Assembly (NCBI GenBank): GCA_964552565.1
Contig: CAZKGL010000001.1
Coordinates: forward strand, 307,061 to 371,060
DNA: 64,000 bases
Direction of reading: 5' to 3'
DNA from: an uncultured Gammaproteobacteria bacterium
GTDB taxonomy: Bacteria; Patescibacteriota; Patescibacteriia; UBA9934
The notes under the pieces are model-generated. The model was not told where the DNA came from and searched no databases. It worked only from the letters and a program-made list of their open reading frames with translations. Position 1 is the stretch's first letter. The number at the start of each line of letters is the position of its first letter. A program made the position numbers and the translations under genes. Positions 8,331 to 17,559 of the stretch are shown piece after piece.

Positions 8331-8560
8331 ATGACGGAAGCATTCACGAAAACTGCGGCGCAGATCTTCGATGAGATCGTCGAACGCGGCAGGAGCGAGA
8401 TGATCACGAGCAAGGAGGCGTACGACATGACGGTCGAAGAGGTCGTGGAAGAGCACCAAGATCTGGACGAGATCGACATCGACGAGGATAACGAGGGGCT
8501 GGAGGCGCATCTGAAGGAGCGTTTTGCGGACTACCTCGCGCAGCTCAAGGTCGAGTAGCT

Positions 8561-9928
8561 ATGCGCCTCACGTTTTTTGGCGCGACCGAGTCCGTGACCG
8601 GGTCGTGTTTTCTTGTGGAGACGAACGGTAGCACGCTGCTCGTCGATTGCGGCGCGGTGCAGGGCGAGCGCATGTGCAGCAAGACCAACCTTGAGGATTT
8701 TCCGTTCGACCCGAAAGCGATCGACGCCGTGCTTGTGACGCACGCGCACTTCGACCATACCGGCCGTTTGCCGAAACTCGTGCGGGACGGGTTCGCGGGC
8801 CCGATTTTTTCGACTGCACCGACGAAGAGCATTTCGGAGATCGTGCTCGAGGACTCGCTCACCGTCATGCGGGAGAACGCAGAGAAGTGCGGCGACGGCG
8901 TGCCGTACGAAGAAGAGGATATCGTTGCGGCGCTCGGCCGCATGAAGGGGATCGGCTACCACACCGAATTCGAGCCGGCGCGGCACGTACGCGCCATGTT
9001 CCACGATGCCGGGCACATCTTGGGTTCGTCGTTTGTTTCGCTGGACATCCCGGGCGAGGACATGGCGTCAGGCAATGAGGCGCGCATCGTGTTCAGCGGC
9101 GATATCGGCAACGACAACGTCCCGATCCTTCCCGATACTGATGCGATCGAGCATGCGGACATCGTGGTGTGTGAGTCGACGTATGGCGCGAAAGACCACG
9201 ACCCGGTCGAGACACGCGGCAAGGACCTCGCGGCGTTCGTGCAGGAGGTCATCGGTCGGGGCGGGACGCTGCTCATCCCGGCGTTTTCCGTCGAACGCAC
9301 GCAGGAGCTGCTGTACGAACTCGACTTGCTCCTCGAAGCGCGCGTCATCCCCGAGGTTCCTATTTACCTCGACAGCCCGCTCGCCATTAAGGCGACCGAG
9401 CTCTACCGCCACTACAAGGCGTATTTGCGTTTTGACCATCCGGCAAGCAAGGACGGGGACTTTTTCTCGTTCCGCAACCTGCGCGAGACGCTGACGGTGC
9501 AGGAATCGACGCTCATCGACACCGACCGTCGCCCGAAGATCGTCATCGCAGGCAACGGCATGATGACCGGCGGGCGCATTCTGCGTCATTTGCAACAGCA
9601 CCTCGGCGACCCGAAGTCGGGCGTGCTCATCATCGGGTTCCAAGGCGCATACACGCTCGGCCGGAAGATCCAGGACGGCGCGAAGACGGTGATGATTGAA
9701 AAGAGAAAAGTCGAGGTCGCCGCGACGGTGAAGTCCATCGAAGCGTTTTCGGCGCACGGCGACCGCGCCAAGCTCGCGCGCTGGCTGCATCCGGAGTCCG
9801 GCGGCGTCCCAAGGGTCTTCCTGACGCATGGTGAGCAGGAAACGAAGGAGCAGTTTGCGCAGTACTTGCACGCCCACGGCATCCCCGACGTCACTATTCC
9901 GCGCATCACGCAGACGTTCGAGTTTTGA
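8561..9928 (+). CDS. MBL-fold beta-CASP ribonuclease (RNase J / CPSF-like)
   Basis: HAHFDHTG metal-binding motif, DAGHILGS, beta-CASP region, and the C-terminal HGEQE... motif. Confidence 0.75.
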   Translation: MRLTFFGATESVTGSCFLVETNGSTLLVDCGAVQGERMCSKTNLEDFPFDPKAIDAVLVTHAHFDHTGRLPKLVRDGFAGPIFSTAPTKSISEIVLEDSLTVMRENAEKCGDGVPYEEEDIVAALGRMKGIGYHTEFEPARHVRAMFHDAGHILGSSFVSLDIPGEDMASGNEARIVFSGDIGNDNVPILPDTDAIEHADIVVCESTYGAKDHDPVETRGKDLAAFVQEVIGRGGTLLIPAFSVERTQELLYELDLLLEARVIPEVPIYLDSPLAIKATELYRHYKAYLRFDHPASKDGDFFSFRNLRETLTVQESTLIDTDRRPKIVIAGNGMMTGGRILRHLQQHLGDPKSGVLIIGFQGAYTLGRKIQDGAKTVMIEKRKVEVAATVKSIEAFSAHGDRAKLARWLHPESGGVPRVFLTHGEQETKEQFAQYLHAHGIPDVTIPRITQTFEF

Positions 9929-9930
9929 CC

Positions 9931-9965
9931 CTCCGTACCCCCCCTCGGTCGAGGGGGAGTATGAG
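9931..9965. terminator. Hairpin CCCCCTCG-gt-CGAGGGGG between convergent genes
   Basis: Inverted repeat read directly. Confidence 0.4.
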
Positions 9966-9983
9966 GGGGTTGCGCTGCGGTAT

Positions 9984-10550
9984 CTACTCGAGCGCCCAGT
10001 CGTAGAAGGGGACGGCGTCGGTGTTGAACGTCGTCGGGGCGATGGCGTCGTACGGCGGAAGGGTATCGATACTGATCGCGTTCCCCGCGCGGACATCGGC
10101 GGTGTACGTGCCTTGCGTGACATACGCCGTGCCGCGGAGCACCTTCACGTCGACTTTGTTGAGCCAGCTGTAGTGCACGAGCGTTGCCGCGCCGTCGACG
10201 GCAATCATCACGTCGCGCACGGTGAGCGTCGCGTCGCCGTCGATGACCACGCGCCCGGTGTCAAAACGGAACCGCTCGCCGTCCTGGGAAAGCAGCGTGT
10301 TCGTGTCCAGGAGGAACCGCGTGTCGCCGACGAGGTACTCGCGGTAGACATATTCCGAGCTGCGCAGTTCGTGCGCAGGCGCTTCGGTGTCCTGCCAGCA
10401 GGCGTCCGCGGTCTCTTCGGTGGTACAGAAGGTGGTGATGAGCGTGATGTCTTGCGTGTGTGGCGCGGTGTCGAGCCGGTTTTTGACGAGCAGTCCGGTG
10501 ACGAGAAGGGCGAGGACGACGGTCGCCGCGATTGTGGTAGTATTTCGCAT
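9984..10550 (-). CDS. Hypothetical secreted protein with a signal anchor. The ORF extends to 10604; the likely start is MRNTTT at 10550.
   Basis: N-terminal signal-like TIAATVVLALLVTGLLV. Confidence 0.4.
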   Translation of the reverse strand: MRNTTTIAATVVLALLVTGLLVKNRLDTAPHTQDITLITTFCTTEETADACWQDTEAPAHELRSSEYVYREYLVGDTRFLLDTNTLLSQDGERFRFDTGRVVIDGDATLTVRDVMIAVDGAATLVHYSWLNKVDVKVLRGTAYVTQGTYTADVRAGNAISIDTLPPYDAIAPTTFNTDAVPFYDWALE

Positions 10551-10567
10551 AGTACGTGATGTCCCGA

Positions 10568-10592
10568 TTTTCTCACGATCGTGAGTTTTCCG
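10568..10592. repeat. Palindromic element, copy 1: TTTTCTCACGATCGTGAGTTTTCCG, with flanks giving a ~39-nt imperfect palindrome. It lies in a divergent intergenic region.
   Basis: An identical 25-mer occurs at 39088-39112. The core is the 14-nt perfect palindrome CTCACGATCGTGAG. Confidence 0.7.
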
Positions 10593-10610
10593 CGACATGA
10601 CCATGCAAGT

Positions 10611-11459
10611 ATGACGAAAAGCGAGCGGATCCGGAAGATACGGCGGGGATTACTGGCGTGGTTTCGCCGCAAGGGCAGGGGTTTGCCATGGCGCAAGACG
10701 AGCGACCCGTACCGCATCGTCGTGTCGGAAGTCATGCTCCAGCAGACGCAAGTGCGCCGCGTCATCCCGAAGTACCGCGCGTTCCTCAAACGATTTCCGA
10801 CATGGCGCGCGCTCGCCCGCGCAACACAAGCCGACGTGGTGCGCATGTGGCACGGCCTCGGCTACAACCGGCGCGCAATGATGCTCCACCGGTTGGCGCA
10901 AGCGGTCGGTGAAGAGGAACTGCCGCGCGATCATGCATCGCTCATCACGCTTCCCGGCATTGGGACGTACACGGCAGAGGCGGTGCGCGCGTTTGCGTTC
11001 CGTGTTCCTGGCGCCGCACCGGTCGACACGAACATCGAGCGCATTTTGAAGCGCGTGTTCGGTGCGCACACGAAGCCGCGGGATGCTGTCCAGGCGTTGG
11101 CACACGAGGTCGTCCCGAGCGATGTGTGGAGCTGGAACCACGCCATGATGGACCTTGGCGCGACGGTCTGCACCGCACGTGCGCCGTTATGTACGGCATG
11201 TCCACTGCAGTCGGCATGTGCGTCGTATCCGTGCGCCGGGAATGACGTGAAGAAGCGTCCGCAGAAGAAGTTCGCGGATTCGGACCGCATGTATCGCGGC
11301 CGCATTATCGCCGTGCTCCGCGCAAAGGCGCACGACCCCGATGCGCTGCAGGCGGCCGTGCGGCTCGACGACGAGGAGCGGTTCGGCCGGCTTGTGGACA
11401 ACCTCACTGCCGAGGGGCTCGTTCGGCTGAAACGTGGTAGACTAGAGCTCAAATACTAA
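10611..11459 (+). CDS. HhH-GPD base-excision DNA glycosylase (MutY/Nth family) with a 4Fe-4S loop
   Basis: WRKTSDPYRIVVSEVMLQQTQV...GLGYNRRA...PGIGTYTAEAV and the C-x6-C-x2-C-x5-C cluster CTARAPLCTACPLQSAC. Confidence 0.7.
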   Translation: MTKSERIRKIRRGLLAWFRRKGRGLPWRKTSDPYRIVVSEVMLQQTQVRRVIPKYRAFLKRFPTWRALARATQADVVRMWHGLGYNRRAMMLHRLAQAVGEEELPRDHASLITLPGIGTYTAEAVRAFAFRVPGAAPVDTNIERILKRVFGAHTKPRDAVQALAHEVVPSDVWSWNHAMMDLGATVCTARAPLCTACPLQSACASYPCAGNDVKKRPQKKFADSDRMYRGRIIAVLRAKAHDPDALQAAVRLDDEERFGRLVDNLTAEGLVRLKRGRLELKY

Positions 11460-11728
11460 TGATTTCTATGGCCCTTTTGGAGTTTTACGGCGACACGTGC
11501 CCGCACTGCATCGCCATGAAGCCGCTCGTTGCCGACCTCGAAAAAGCGCTCGGGGTGACGGTCGAGCAGTACGAAGTGTGGAATAATGCAGACAACGCGA
11601 AGAAGATGGACGAACTCGACAAGGGCGAGTGCGGCGGCGTCCCGTATTTCTACAACACGGAAACCAACAAGCATCTATGCGGGTCAACCGACTACGAATC
11701 GCTCAAGGCCTGGGCGCAGGGGTCCTAG
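11459..11728 (+). CDS. Thioredoxin/glutaredoxin-like small redox protein
   Basis: CPHC active-site motif in an 89-aa protein. Confidence 0.6.
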   Translation: MISMALLEFYGDTCPHCIAMKPLVADLEKALGVTVEQYEVWNNADNAKKMDELDKGECGGVPYFYNTETNKHLCGSTDYESLKAWAQGS

Positions 11729-12564
11729 TACTCCTGGGCGCGGGCTGTACCGCCATCGTCCCGGACGCCACGACGTCCGAGGAGATCGACTTTCATGCCG
11801 GCGCGGCGTTCACCATCGAACAGACGTGGTTCGGCATCAACACGCCGCAGCGGGAAGCGTACGGCAAGCGCAACGTCACGGTCGACGAGTGGGCGGCGAA
11901 CGAATCCACGACGCTTTCGTGGACGATGACGTCGCGGCAGGAGACCGAGGCGTCGGTCGCGGCGCGCGAGGCGGCGTCGCAGGTGCCCATCGGGGAAGAG
12001 GCGAGCGTCCCCGACCCCGTCTACGAAGACGTGACGACGACGGGGTCCGTCATGACCGATGCGCTCAACAATGCGGAGCGCATCCTGCTCCCGTCGTACT
12101 GGCCGCAAGGCGCGTACGACGTGCGCGGCGAAGAGAACAGCGTCGTGTGGCTCTCGCGCCAGCAGTACGACGAGCTCGTGTCGACGAGGTCCTCGCATAT
12201 CGCCATCGGCCTGTTTGACGCGACGCTCCAGAATCTCATCGATTTTGGAGAAGGCGTGTCGAACGCCCTTGCGAAACTCCAGGGAGAGCTCGCGGCGCAG
12301 GAGACATCGAACACCGATATTACCAAGCTCGAAGCCGAAGGCGACTGGGGATCAATGACGTTGACGGTGAACGGCGAGCCGACTACCGTACGCACCATAG
12401 CGGCCACGAGCGCTTTTGCGGACTACGTCATTCTCGCCAATCCCGAGAACCCGCTCATCCTCAAGGTCTCCATCAAGCCGCTGTCGCTCGGGTTCGGGAT
12501 GCTTTCCACGCTCAGCGTGGTGAAGTCCCTTGCCGGATACGAAATTACTTCACTCACTTACTAA
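11677..12564 (+). CDS. Putative lipoprotein. The start overlaps the thioredoxin gene by ~52 nt and is uncertain.
   Basis: Signal peptide MRVNRLRIAQGLGAGVLVLLGAGC has a positive n-region and a lipobox-like LLGAGC. Confidence 0.45.
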   Translation: MRVNRLRIAQGLGAGVLVLLGAGCTAIVPDATTSEEIDFHAGAAFTIEQTWFGINTPQREAYGKRNVTVDEWAANESTTLSWTMTSRQETEASVAAREAASQVPIGEEASVPDPVYEDVTTTGSVMTDALNNAERILLPSYWPQGAYDVRGEENSVVWLSRQQYDELVSTRSSHIAIGLFDATLQNLIDFGEGVSNALAKLQGELAAQETSNTDITKLEAEGDWGSMTLTVNGEPTTVRTIAATSAFADYVILANPENPLILKVSIKPLSLGFGMLSTLSVVKSLAGYEITSLTY

Positions 12565-12571
12565 CCGCGAT

Positions 12572-12820
12572 ATGAAGTTCGACATGAAACTCAATACGTT
12601 TGCCGACCCGTTCTTCCGCACCGTGGCGCATGCGTTCCTTGGCTCGGTGTGCGGCCTCGTTGGCGGCATCGTCATCGGCGCGCTCATCGGGGTCATCGCC
12701 CGCTACGGTATCGAGGGCTACGGCGAGTTCGGCAGTTTCATTTCCATCGGTTCCATGTCGACCGGTGCAGTACTCGGCGCAATCTTCGGCGGCATCGTCG
12801 GCATCGTGCGGAAGGATTAA
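12572..12820 (+). CDS. Small glycine-zipper membrane protein
   Basis: GLVGGIVIGALIGVIA...GAVLGAIFGGIVGIV is hydrophobic and Gly-rich. Confidence 0.4.
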   Translation: MKFDMKLNTFADPFFRTVAHAFLGSVCGLVGGIVIGALIGVIARYGIEGYGEFGSFISIGSMSTGAVLGAIFGGIVGIVRKD

Positions 12821-12824
12821 AAAA

Positions 12825-12856
12825 ACCGGGGCCCTCGCGGGCCTCGATTTTTTATT
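12825..12856. terminator. Bidirectional terminator hairpin with an A-run and a T-run
   Basis: AAAAAAACCGGGGCCC-tcgc-GGGCCTCGATTTTTT. Confidence 0.5.
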
Positions 12857-13706
12857 CCATCCTATCCAGCCAGTTCGGGTCGACCTCGACCGAGAGATCG
12901 AGGAAGTACTTGCGGTTCGTCACGGCCTCGAGTTCGCGGCGGGTCGACTGGCCGATTTCGCGGATGCCGCGACCGCCGACACCGATGATCATCGGCTTGT
13001 AGCGTTCGGCCGAGGTGTAGATGATCGCCTTCACGTACATCATGCCGTTCTCGCGCTCGGCGATCTCCTCCACTTCGACGTGTGTCGAGTAGGGAAGCTC
13101 CTCGCGCAGGCGCAAGAAAAGCTTTTCGCGGATGAGCTCGGCGAGCCATTCCTCGTTGCTCATGTTCGTCATCTGGAACTCGGGGTAGTGCGCCTCGCCC
13201 TCCTTGAGGTTCTCGAAAATCCAACGCACGATGAGGTCGGTGTTCTTTCCCGTGAGCGCCGAGACTTCGGCGTATGCGTCGAAGTTCTTCGCAAGGTCGC
13301 GGTAAAAGTCGACGTTGCGCTTCGCGTCGCGGTCGTCCATTTTGTTGATGACGAGGAGCTTCGGGACTTCGACGTGCTCGACGAGCCGCAGCGCCGCCTT
13401 TTCTTCGTCGCCGATCGGGCGCGTCGGGTCGACGACGTACAATACGACGTCGATGTCGCGCAGCGCGTCCTTAATCCACCCGGTCAGTTTCTGCGTGAGC
13501 GGGTCGCGCGCCTTTTGCATGAACCCCGGCGTGTCGACAATGACGGCCTGGCCGAGGTCGGTGGTGATGACACCCTGCACCGGGCGGCGGGTCGTCTGCG
13601 GCTTGGGGGTCGTAATGGCGATCTTGCTGCCAACGAGGCTGTTCAAGAGCGTGGATTTTCCGACGTTGCTGCGGCCGATGACGGCCACGAATCCTGACTT
13701 TTTCAT
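12852..13706 (-). CDS. era: GTPase Era
   Basis: G1 GRSNVGKST, G3 DTPG, G4 NKMD and a C-terminal KH domain. Confidence 0.9.
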   Translation of the reverse strand: MKKSGFVAVIGRSNVGKSTLLNSLVGSKIAITTPKPQTTRRPVQGVITTDLGQAVIVDTPGFMQKARDPLTQKLTGWIKDALRDIDVVLYVVDPTRPIGDEEKAALRLVEHVEVPKLLVINKMDDRDAKRNVDFYRDLAKNFDAYAEVSALTGKNTDLIVRWIFENLKEGEAHYPEFQMTNMSNEEWLAELIREKLFLRLREELPYSTHVEVEEIAERENGMMYVKAIIYTSAERYKPMIIGVGGRGIREIGQSTRRELEAVTNRKYFLDLSVEVDPNWLDRME

Positions 13707-13821
13707 AGGAGGTGATCGCCCGGCAGGCGCCGGGCACCAAGAATGAAGTGGATATCTTAGCAGGATTGTCGCACAATTTCAAGTTGCTTGGTATACTGTG
13801 TGGCAGCACTAATCTTTTTTT

Positions 13822-13995
13822 ATGAAACGGAGGTCATCATCACTTTCGCAACATCCGCTCAGTTGGGCGTTCCTCGTACTCGCCATGGCGTTCGCATCGC
13901 TCGCCATCGCGATCCTCGTCGACCAGAATGACACGCTGACAAACCGCGTCGCGCAGCTCGAAGCGCAGCTCGCGGAGGTCGAAACCGCAGAGTAA
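13822..13995 (+). CDS. Small (57 aa) membrane protein with a coiled-coil tail (FtsB/DivIC-like architecture); below the ORF-track cutoff
   Basis: My own translation is MKRRSSSLSQHPLSWAFLVLAMAFASLAIAILVDQNDTLTNRVAQLEAQLAEVETAE. A perfect hairpin terminator follows. Confidence 0.35.
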   Translation: MKRRSSSLSQHPLSWAFLVLAMAFASLAIAILVDQNDTLTNRVAQLEAQLAEVETAE

Positions 13996-14006
13996 ACGCA
14001 AACGAC

Positions 14007-14036
14007 GACGCCCGGCCTCGCAAGAGGCCGGGCGTC
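14007..14036. terminator. Perfect 13-bp-stem hairpin between convergent genes
   Basis: GACGCCCGGCCTC-gcaa-GAGGCCGGGCGTC followed by TT. Confidence 0.55.
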
Positions 14037-14053
14037 TTGGTACCGAACGAAGG

Positions 14054-15187
14054 TCATGCCTTGCGCTGCAATGCCGCAACGAGCTCGACGTGCGGGGTGT
14101 GCGGGAACATGTCGATGGCGCGCATGGCCTCGACGGTGTAGTGCTCCTTGAGCTGCACCATCTCGCGTGCGAAATTTTTGTAGTTGCAAGAAATGTACAC
14201 GATGCGCTCCGGCTTCGCGGCGATGACGTCAGCGAGCGCCTTGTCGTGCATGCCGCTGCGCGGCGGGTCGAGGATGACGACGTCCGCACCGATCCGCATC
14301 CAATCGAACTCTTCCGTCTTTGCGTCATGGAACTCGACGCCGACCGCATTCAGTTCCGCGTTCATGCGTGCATCCTTGATCGCCTCGGGGACGAGTTCGA
14401 CGCCGACCGTGCGCGCAGCGAGCGGTGCCATGGCGACCGCGAAGAAGCCCGTGCCGCAATACAGGTCGAGCAACGTCTTGTGGGAAAGGTCGCCGGCGAA
14501 TTCGCGCACCGTGTCCATGAGCGCGGGTGCAGCGTAGGAGTTCGTCTGGAAGAACGCATTCGGGGAGATGCGGTAGCGCACGCCGTTGATGACCTCGTGA
14601 ATGACGCCGTCGCCCGTAATGACGCGCAGTTCGTCGCCGAAGCTCACGTCGGTAATGGTGTGGTTGATTGCCCACACCACGGTTGTCGCCTTACTGATGT
14701 CGGCAAGGTCGCGGAGCGCGGCTTCGACCGCCTGTGCTTCAGCGGCATCTGCGGGCGCGCTTGTCACGATTGACACCATCGTCTCGCCAAGCGTCGTTGC
14801 ACGGATGACGGCGTAGCGCAGCAAGCCGGTGTGCGCCTTGCGGTCAAAATACGACAGTCCGCATGCCTGTGCCCATGCGCGGACGACCGTGAACAGTTCG
14901 TCGATCTTCTCATCGCCAAGGAAACAGGCGTGGTCGTCGATGACGCGCCACCACTTGCCCTTTTCGCGCAGCCCGACCGCGCCTTCGAAGTTGATGACGA
15001 AGTCCATGCGGTTGCGGTAGTGCTCCGTCTTCGGCGATGCCACGATGCCATCCACGCGAAGGTCGAGTTTTTTCAGCGCAAAGCTCCCGTTAATGTCGGA
15101 GAGTTTTTGCTTGAGCTGCTTGTCGTAGGGGATATGCGACCAGCCGCAGGAACCGCAGATGTCGGGTTTGGGGCAAGGGGAGGCCAT
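14054..15187 (-). CDS. 23S rRNA (uracil-5)-methyltransferase, RlmD/RumA/TrmA family
   Basis: N-terminal Cys cluster CGSCGWSH, SAM motif DLYCGTGFF, DPPRSG, and a C-terminal catalytic region. Confidence 0.8.
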   Translation of the reverse strand: MASPCPKPDICGSCGWSHIPYDKQLKQKLSDINGSFALKKLDLRVDGIVASPKTEHYRNRMDFVINFEGAVGLREKGKWWRVIDDHACFLGDEKIDELFTVVRAWAQACGLSYFDRKAHTGLLRYAVIRATTLGETMVSIVTSAPADAAEAQAVEAALRDLADISKATTVVWAINHTITDVSFGDELRVITGDGVIHEVINGVRYRISPNAFFQTNSYAAPALMDTVREFAGDLSHKTLLDLYCGTGFFAVAMAPLAARTVGVELVPEAIKDARMNAELNAVGVEFHDAKTEEFDWMRIGADVVILDPPRSGMHDKALADVIAAKPERIVYISCNYKNFAREMVQLKEHYTVEAMRAIDMFPHTPHVELVAALQRKA

Positions 15188-15252
15188 AGGAAGGAAGCGA
15201 CTATACCCGAGCCGGTTGCAAACGGCAATGTGCTGCCGTATGCTCGGGGCGC

Positions 15253-15678
15253 ATGATCGTCATCGCGCATGACATCCGCAGCCTCCACAACGTCGGCAGC
15301 ATCTTCCGCAACGCCGCTGCGTTTGGGGTTGAGAAACTTTTGTTGACGGGCTATACTGCGGCACCGCCGCGCAAGGAGATTGCGAAGGTTGCGCTCGGCG
15401 CCGAAGCGCTCGTGCCGTGGGAGCAGGCGTCCATCGGGGACGCGGTTGCCCGCTGCAGGGCAGAAGGGTACCGTGTGCTCGGCCTTGAGACCGGCGGCGA
15501 CGACATCCGCGCGATCCGTGGCGAGAAGGTCGCATTGGTGCTCGGCAATGAAGTCGAGGGCATCGATGCTGCGACGCGTTCGCTCCTCGACGGCCTCGTG
15601 GAGATCCCCATGAGCAAAAAGCGTTCGCTGAACGTCTCCGTCGCAAGCGGCGTTGCCATGTACGTGCTTTCACAGTAA
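15253..15678 (+). CDS. SpoU/TrmH-family RNA 2'-O-methyltransferase
   Basis: HNVGSIFRNAAAFG...LVLGNEVEGI...SLNVSVASGVAMY are SPOUT motifs. Confidence 0.75.
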   Translation: MIVIAHDIRSLHNVGSIFRNAAAFGVEKLLLTGYTAAPPRKEIAKVALGAEALVPWEQASIGDAVARCRAEGYRVLGLETGGDDIRAIRGEKVALVLGNEVEGIDAATRSLLDGLVEIPMSKKRSLNVSVASGVAMYVLSQ

Positions 15679-15688
15679 CCATCACATC

Positions 15689-15783
15689 GGCCGGGTCCTG
15701 CCGCCTTCGCACCCTGTTGGGTGCTCGACTCGTCGGACTCGTCTGCGCGCCCAAGCAGGGGACCTGCTCGGCGTCACCCGGCC
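15689..15783 (+). repeat. Interspersed long-hairpin repeat, copy B, ending 6 nt upstream of tRNA-Arg
   Basis: GGCCGGGTCCTGCCGCCTTCGCACCCTGTTGGG...CCCAAGCAGGGGACCTGCTCGGCGTCACCCGGCC. Termini GGCCGGG/CCCGGCC are complementary. Confidence 0.8.
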
Positions 15784-15789
15784 GTTTCC

Positions 15790-15866
15790 GCACCCGTAGC
15801 TTAGCTGGATAAAGCGCCTCCCTCCGAAGGAGGAGACCGTGCGTTCGAATCGCGCCGGGTGCACCA
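15790..15866 (+). tRNA. tRNA-Arg (anticodon CCG), CCA encoded
   Basis: Acceptor GCACCCG/CGGGTGC, anticodon arm CCTCC-CTCCGAA-GGAGG, T-loop TTCGAAT, A73 plus CCA. Confidence 0.85.
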
Positions 15867-15921
15867 CGAGAGACTGACCAAAAAGGTCAGTTTTTCGTTT
15901 TTATGCTATTGTCGATGGCGT

Positions 15922-16635
15922 ATGCCGACCGTTGCCGTCGTCATTCCTGCCAAAAATGAAGAACGGTATCTGCCGGGGCTGCTTGAGGCATTGCGGCGGC
16001 AGACGGTGCGGCCGGATGACGTCGCGGTCGGCGATGGCGGCTCGAGCGACGCGACGCGCGACATTGCGCGGAAGTTCGGCGCGAAGGTGGTGCAGGGCGG
16101 CAGCACGGCGCTCGGCCGCAACAAGGGCGCCGCGGTGACGACGAGCGACCTCATCGTATTTTTTGACGCCGACGCGATTATTGAGGACCCGCGGTTCATC
16201 GAACGCGCGATGCGCGAATTCACCGAACGCGGCTTGGACGTCGCGACCGCGGACGTCGATGTGCGCGGCGGCACGCTCGTCGACCGCGCGAGCTTCGGGT
16301 TTTATAACCGCTATGTGCGGTGGTGGGGTGCGCGGCACCCGCACCCTATCGGCACGTTTATCATGGTCCGCCGCAGCGTGCATGAGGCGTTGCGCGGCTT
16401 CGATACCGCGGTGACGTTTGCGGAGGACCACGATTACGGGCTCCGGGCGCGCGACCTTGGGTACCGGTTCGGCGTCCTCGACACCGTCCGCATCGGCACG
16501 TCGCCGCGGCGGCAAGAACGCATCGGGCGCGTCCGGTTCCTTCTCGTCAACGCGCTCGCCGAGCCGTACATCATGCTGTTTGGTTCCATTAAGAAACGCG
16601 AATTCAAGGATGAGTACGAGAAGCCGGCGTCATGA
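15922..16635 (+). CDS. Glycosyltransferase family 2
   Basis: VAVVIPAKNEE...DGGSSD...FFDADAI (DxD) motifs. Start taken at MPTVAVV, because the longer ORF would overlap the tRNA. Confidence 0.75.
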   Translation: MPTVAVVIPAKNEERYLPGLLEALRRQTVRPDDVAVGDGGSSDATRDIARKFGAKVVQGGSTALGRNKGAAVTTSDLIVFFDADAIIEDPRFIERAMREFTERGLDVATADVDVRGGTLVDRASFGFYNRYVRWWGARHPHPIGTFIMVRRSVHEALRGFDTAVTFAEDHDYGLRARDLGYRFGVLDTVRIGTSPRRQERIGRVRFLLVNALAEPYIMLFGSIKKREFKDEYEKPAS

Positions 16636-16639
16636 TACA

Positions 16640-17557
16640 ATGCAGGCAATCGGAGGTATGCCGTCGACCACAGTCAAGGGGGAACTTTTTTCGTGGCAGC
16701 ACATCGTGCGGCCGAACGCGAAGGACGTCGCGTCCGTCGCCGAGGACTTTGCGTTAACGACCGCCGAGGCGGCATGGCTGCACCACGCGCCCGAGCTGCC
16801 GCGCCTCCTCGACCGCGGGCCATGGAACATGCTCACGCTCCATGTCCCGGGCTTCCTCATGAGTAAGCACGCCATGGAGCGGGCGACGCTCGTCCTCCTG
16901 TACGACAAGCGCCACGTGGTCACGCTGTGCGACAAGCCGCTCCCGATGCTCGCCGCGCTCGCCCCGAAAGGGAAGCGCAGGGCGCCGAAGCAGTTTGACC
17001 ATGGGACGTCCACGGATATCGTCGCGTGGATCCTTGGCGCGGTCTTCGAGGGCTTGCACGAGATCACCGACGACATGATGCGCGCCATCGAGCGCCTGGA
17101 ACGCGGCCTGCACCGCCGCCAGTCCGACGCGATGACGCGCGACCTCGGCCGTCTCCGCCGCGACATCCTCATGCTCGACCTCATGGTCGACCCAGCGCGC
17201 AGCGTCATCGAGGAGCTCCTGAAGACGCAGGAGCCGCACCGGTCGGAGGCGAGCGAACTCGCGCTCAGGCAGATCCGCGACCGCCTCCGCGGCATCCACG
17301 TCATCCTCGACCACTACAACAAACTCGTCGACGGTATTTTCCGCATGCACGAGACGCTGTTGTCGCACCACACCAACCGCGTCGTGCAGGCGCTCACCAT
17401 CATTTCCGTGCTCCTCATGCCGCCGACGCTCATCACGAGCTACTATGGCATGAACATCGCCGACCTTCCGCTTGCGCACGACTTCCGGATCGTTTCCCTC
17501 GGGCTCGTCGCGGTCGTCCTGCTCTTCTTGTTCTTGGTTCTGCGTATCCGCCGCTAG
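16640..17557 (+). CDS. corA: CorA-family Mg2+/Co2+ transporter
   Basis: C-terminal YGMNIADLP (GMN motif) with two C-terminal TM helices. The N-terminal ORF extension overlapping the GT2 gene is rejected. Confidence 0.7.
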   Translation: MQAIGGMPSTTVKGELFSWQHIVRPNAKDVASVAEDFALTTAEAAWLHHAPELPRLLDRGPWNMLTLHVPGFLMSKHAMERATLVLLYDKRHVVTLCDKPLPMLAALAPKGKRRAPKQFDHGTSTDIVAWILGAVFEGLHEITDDMMRAIERLERGLHRRQSDAMTRDLGRLRRDILMLDLMVDPARSVIEELLKTQEPHRSEASELALRQIRDRLRGIHVILDHYNKLVDGIFRMHETLLSHHTNRVVQALTIISVLLMPPTLITSYYGMNIADLPLAHDFRIVSLGLVAVVLLFLFLVLRIRR

Positions 17558-17559
17558 CT

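Noticed and set aside
8330-8510. Dus start at 8510 (the full ORF)
   Set aside because: Family proteins begin near the PxxxAPMAG-like motif, which corresponds to the ATG at 8330. The upstream 60 codons are not family-like. The start remains uncertain.
16418-16639. N-terminal extension of the CorA ORF (start 16418) and of the GT2 ORF (start 15859)
   Set aside because: The extensions overlap the upstream gene and the tRNA, and translate to Ser/Arg-rich junk. Family-conserved N-termini begin at internal ATGs (16640 and 15922).
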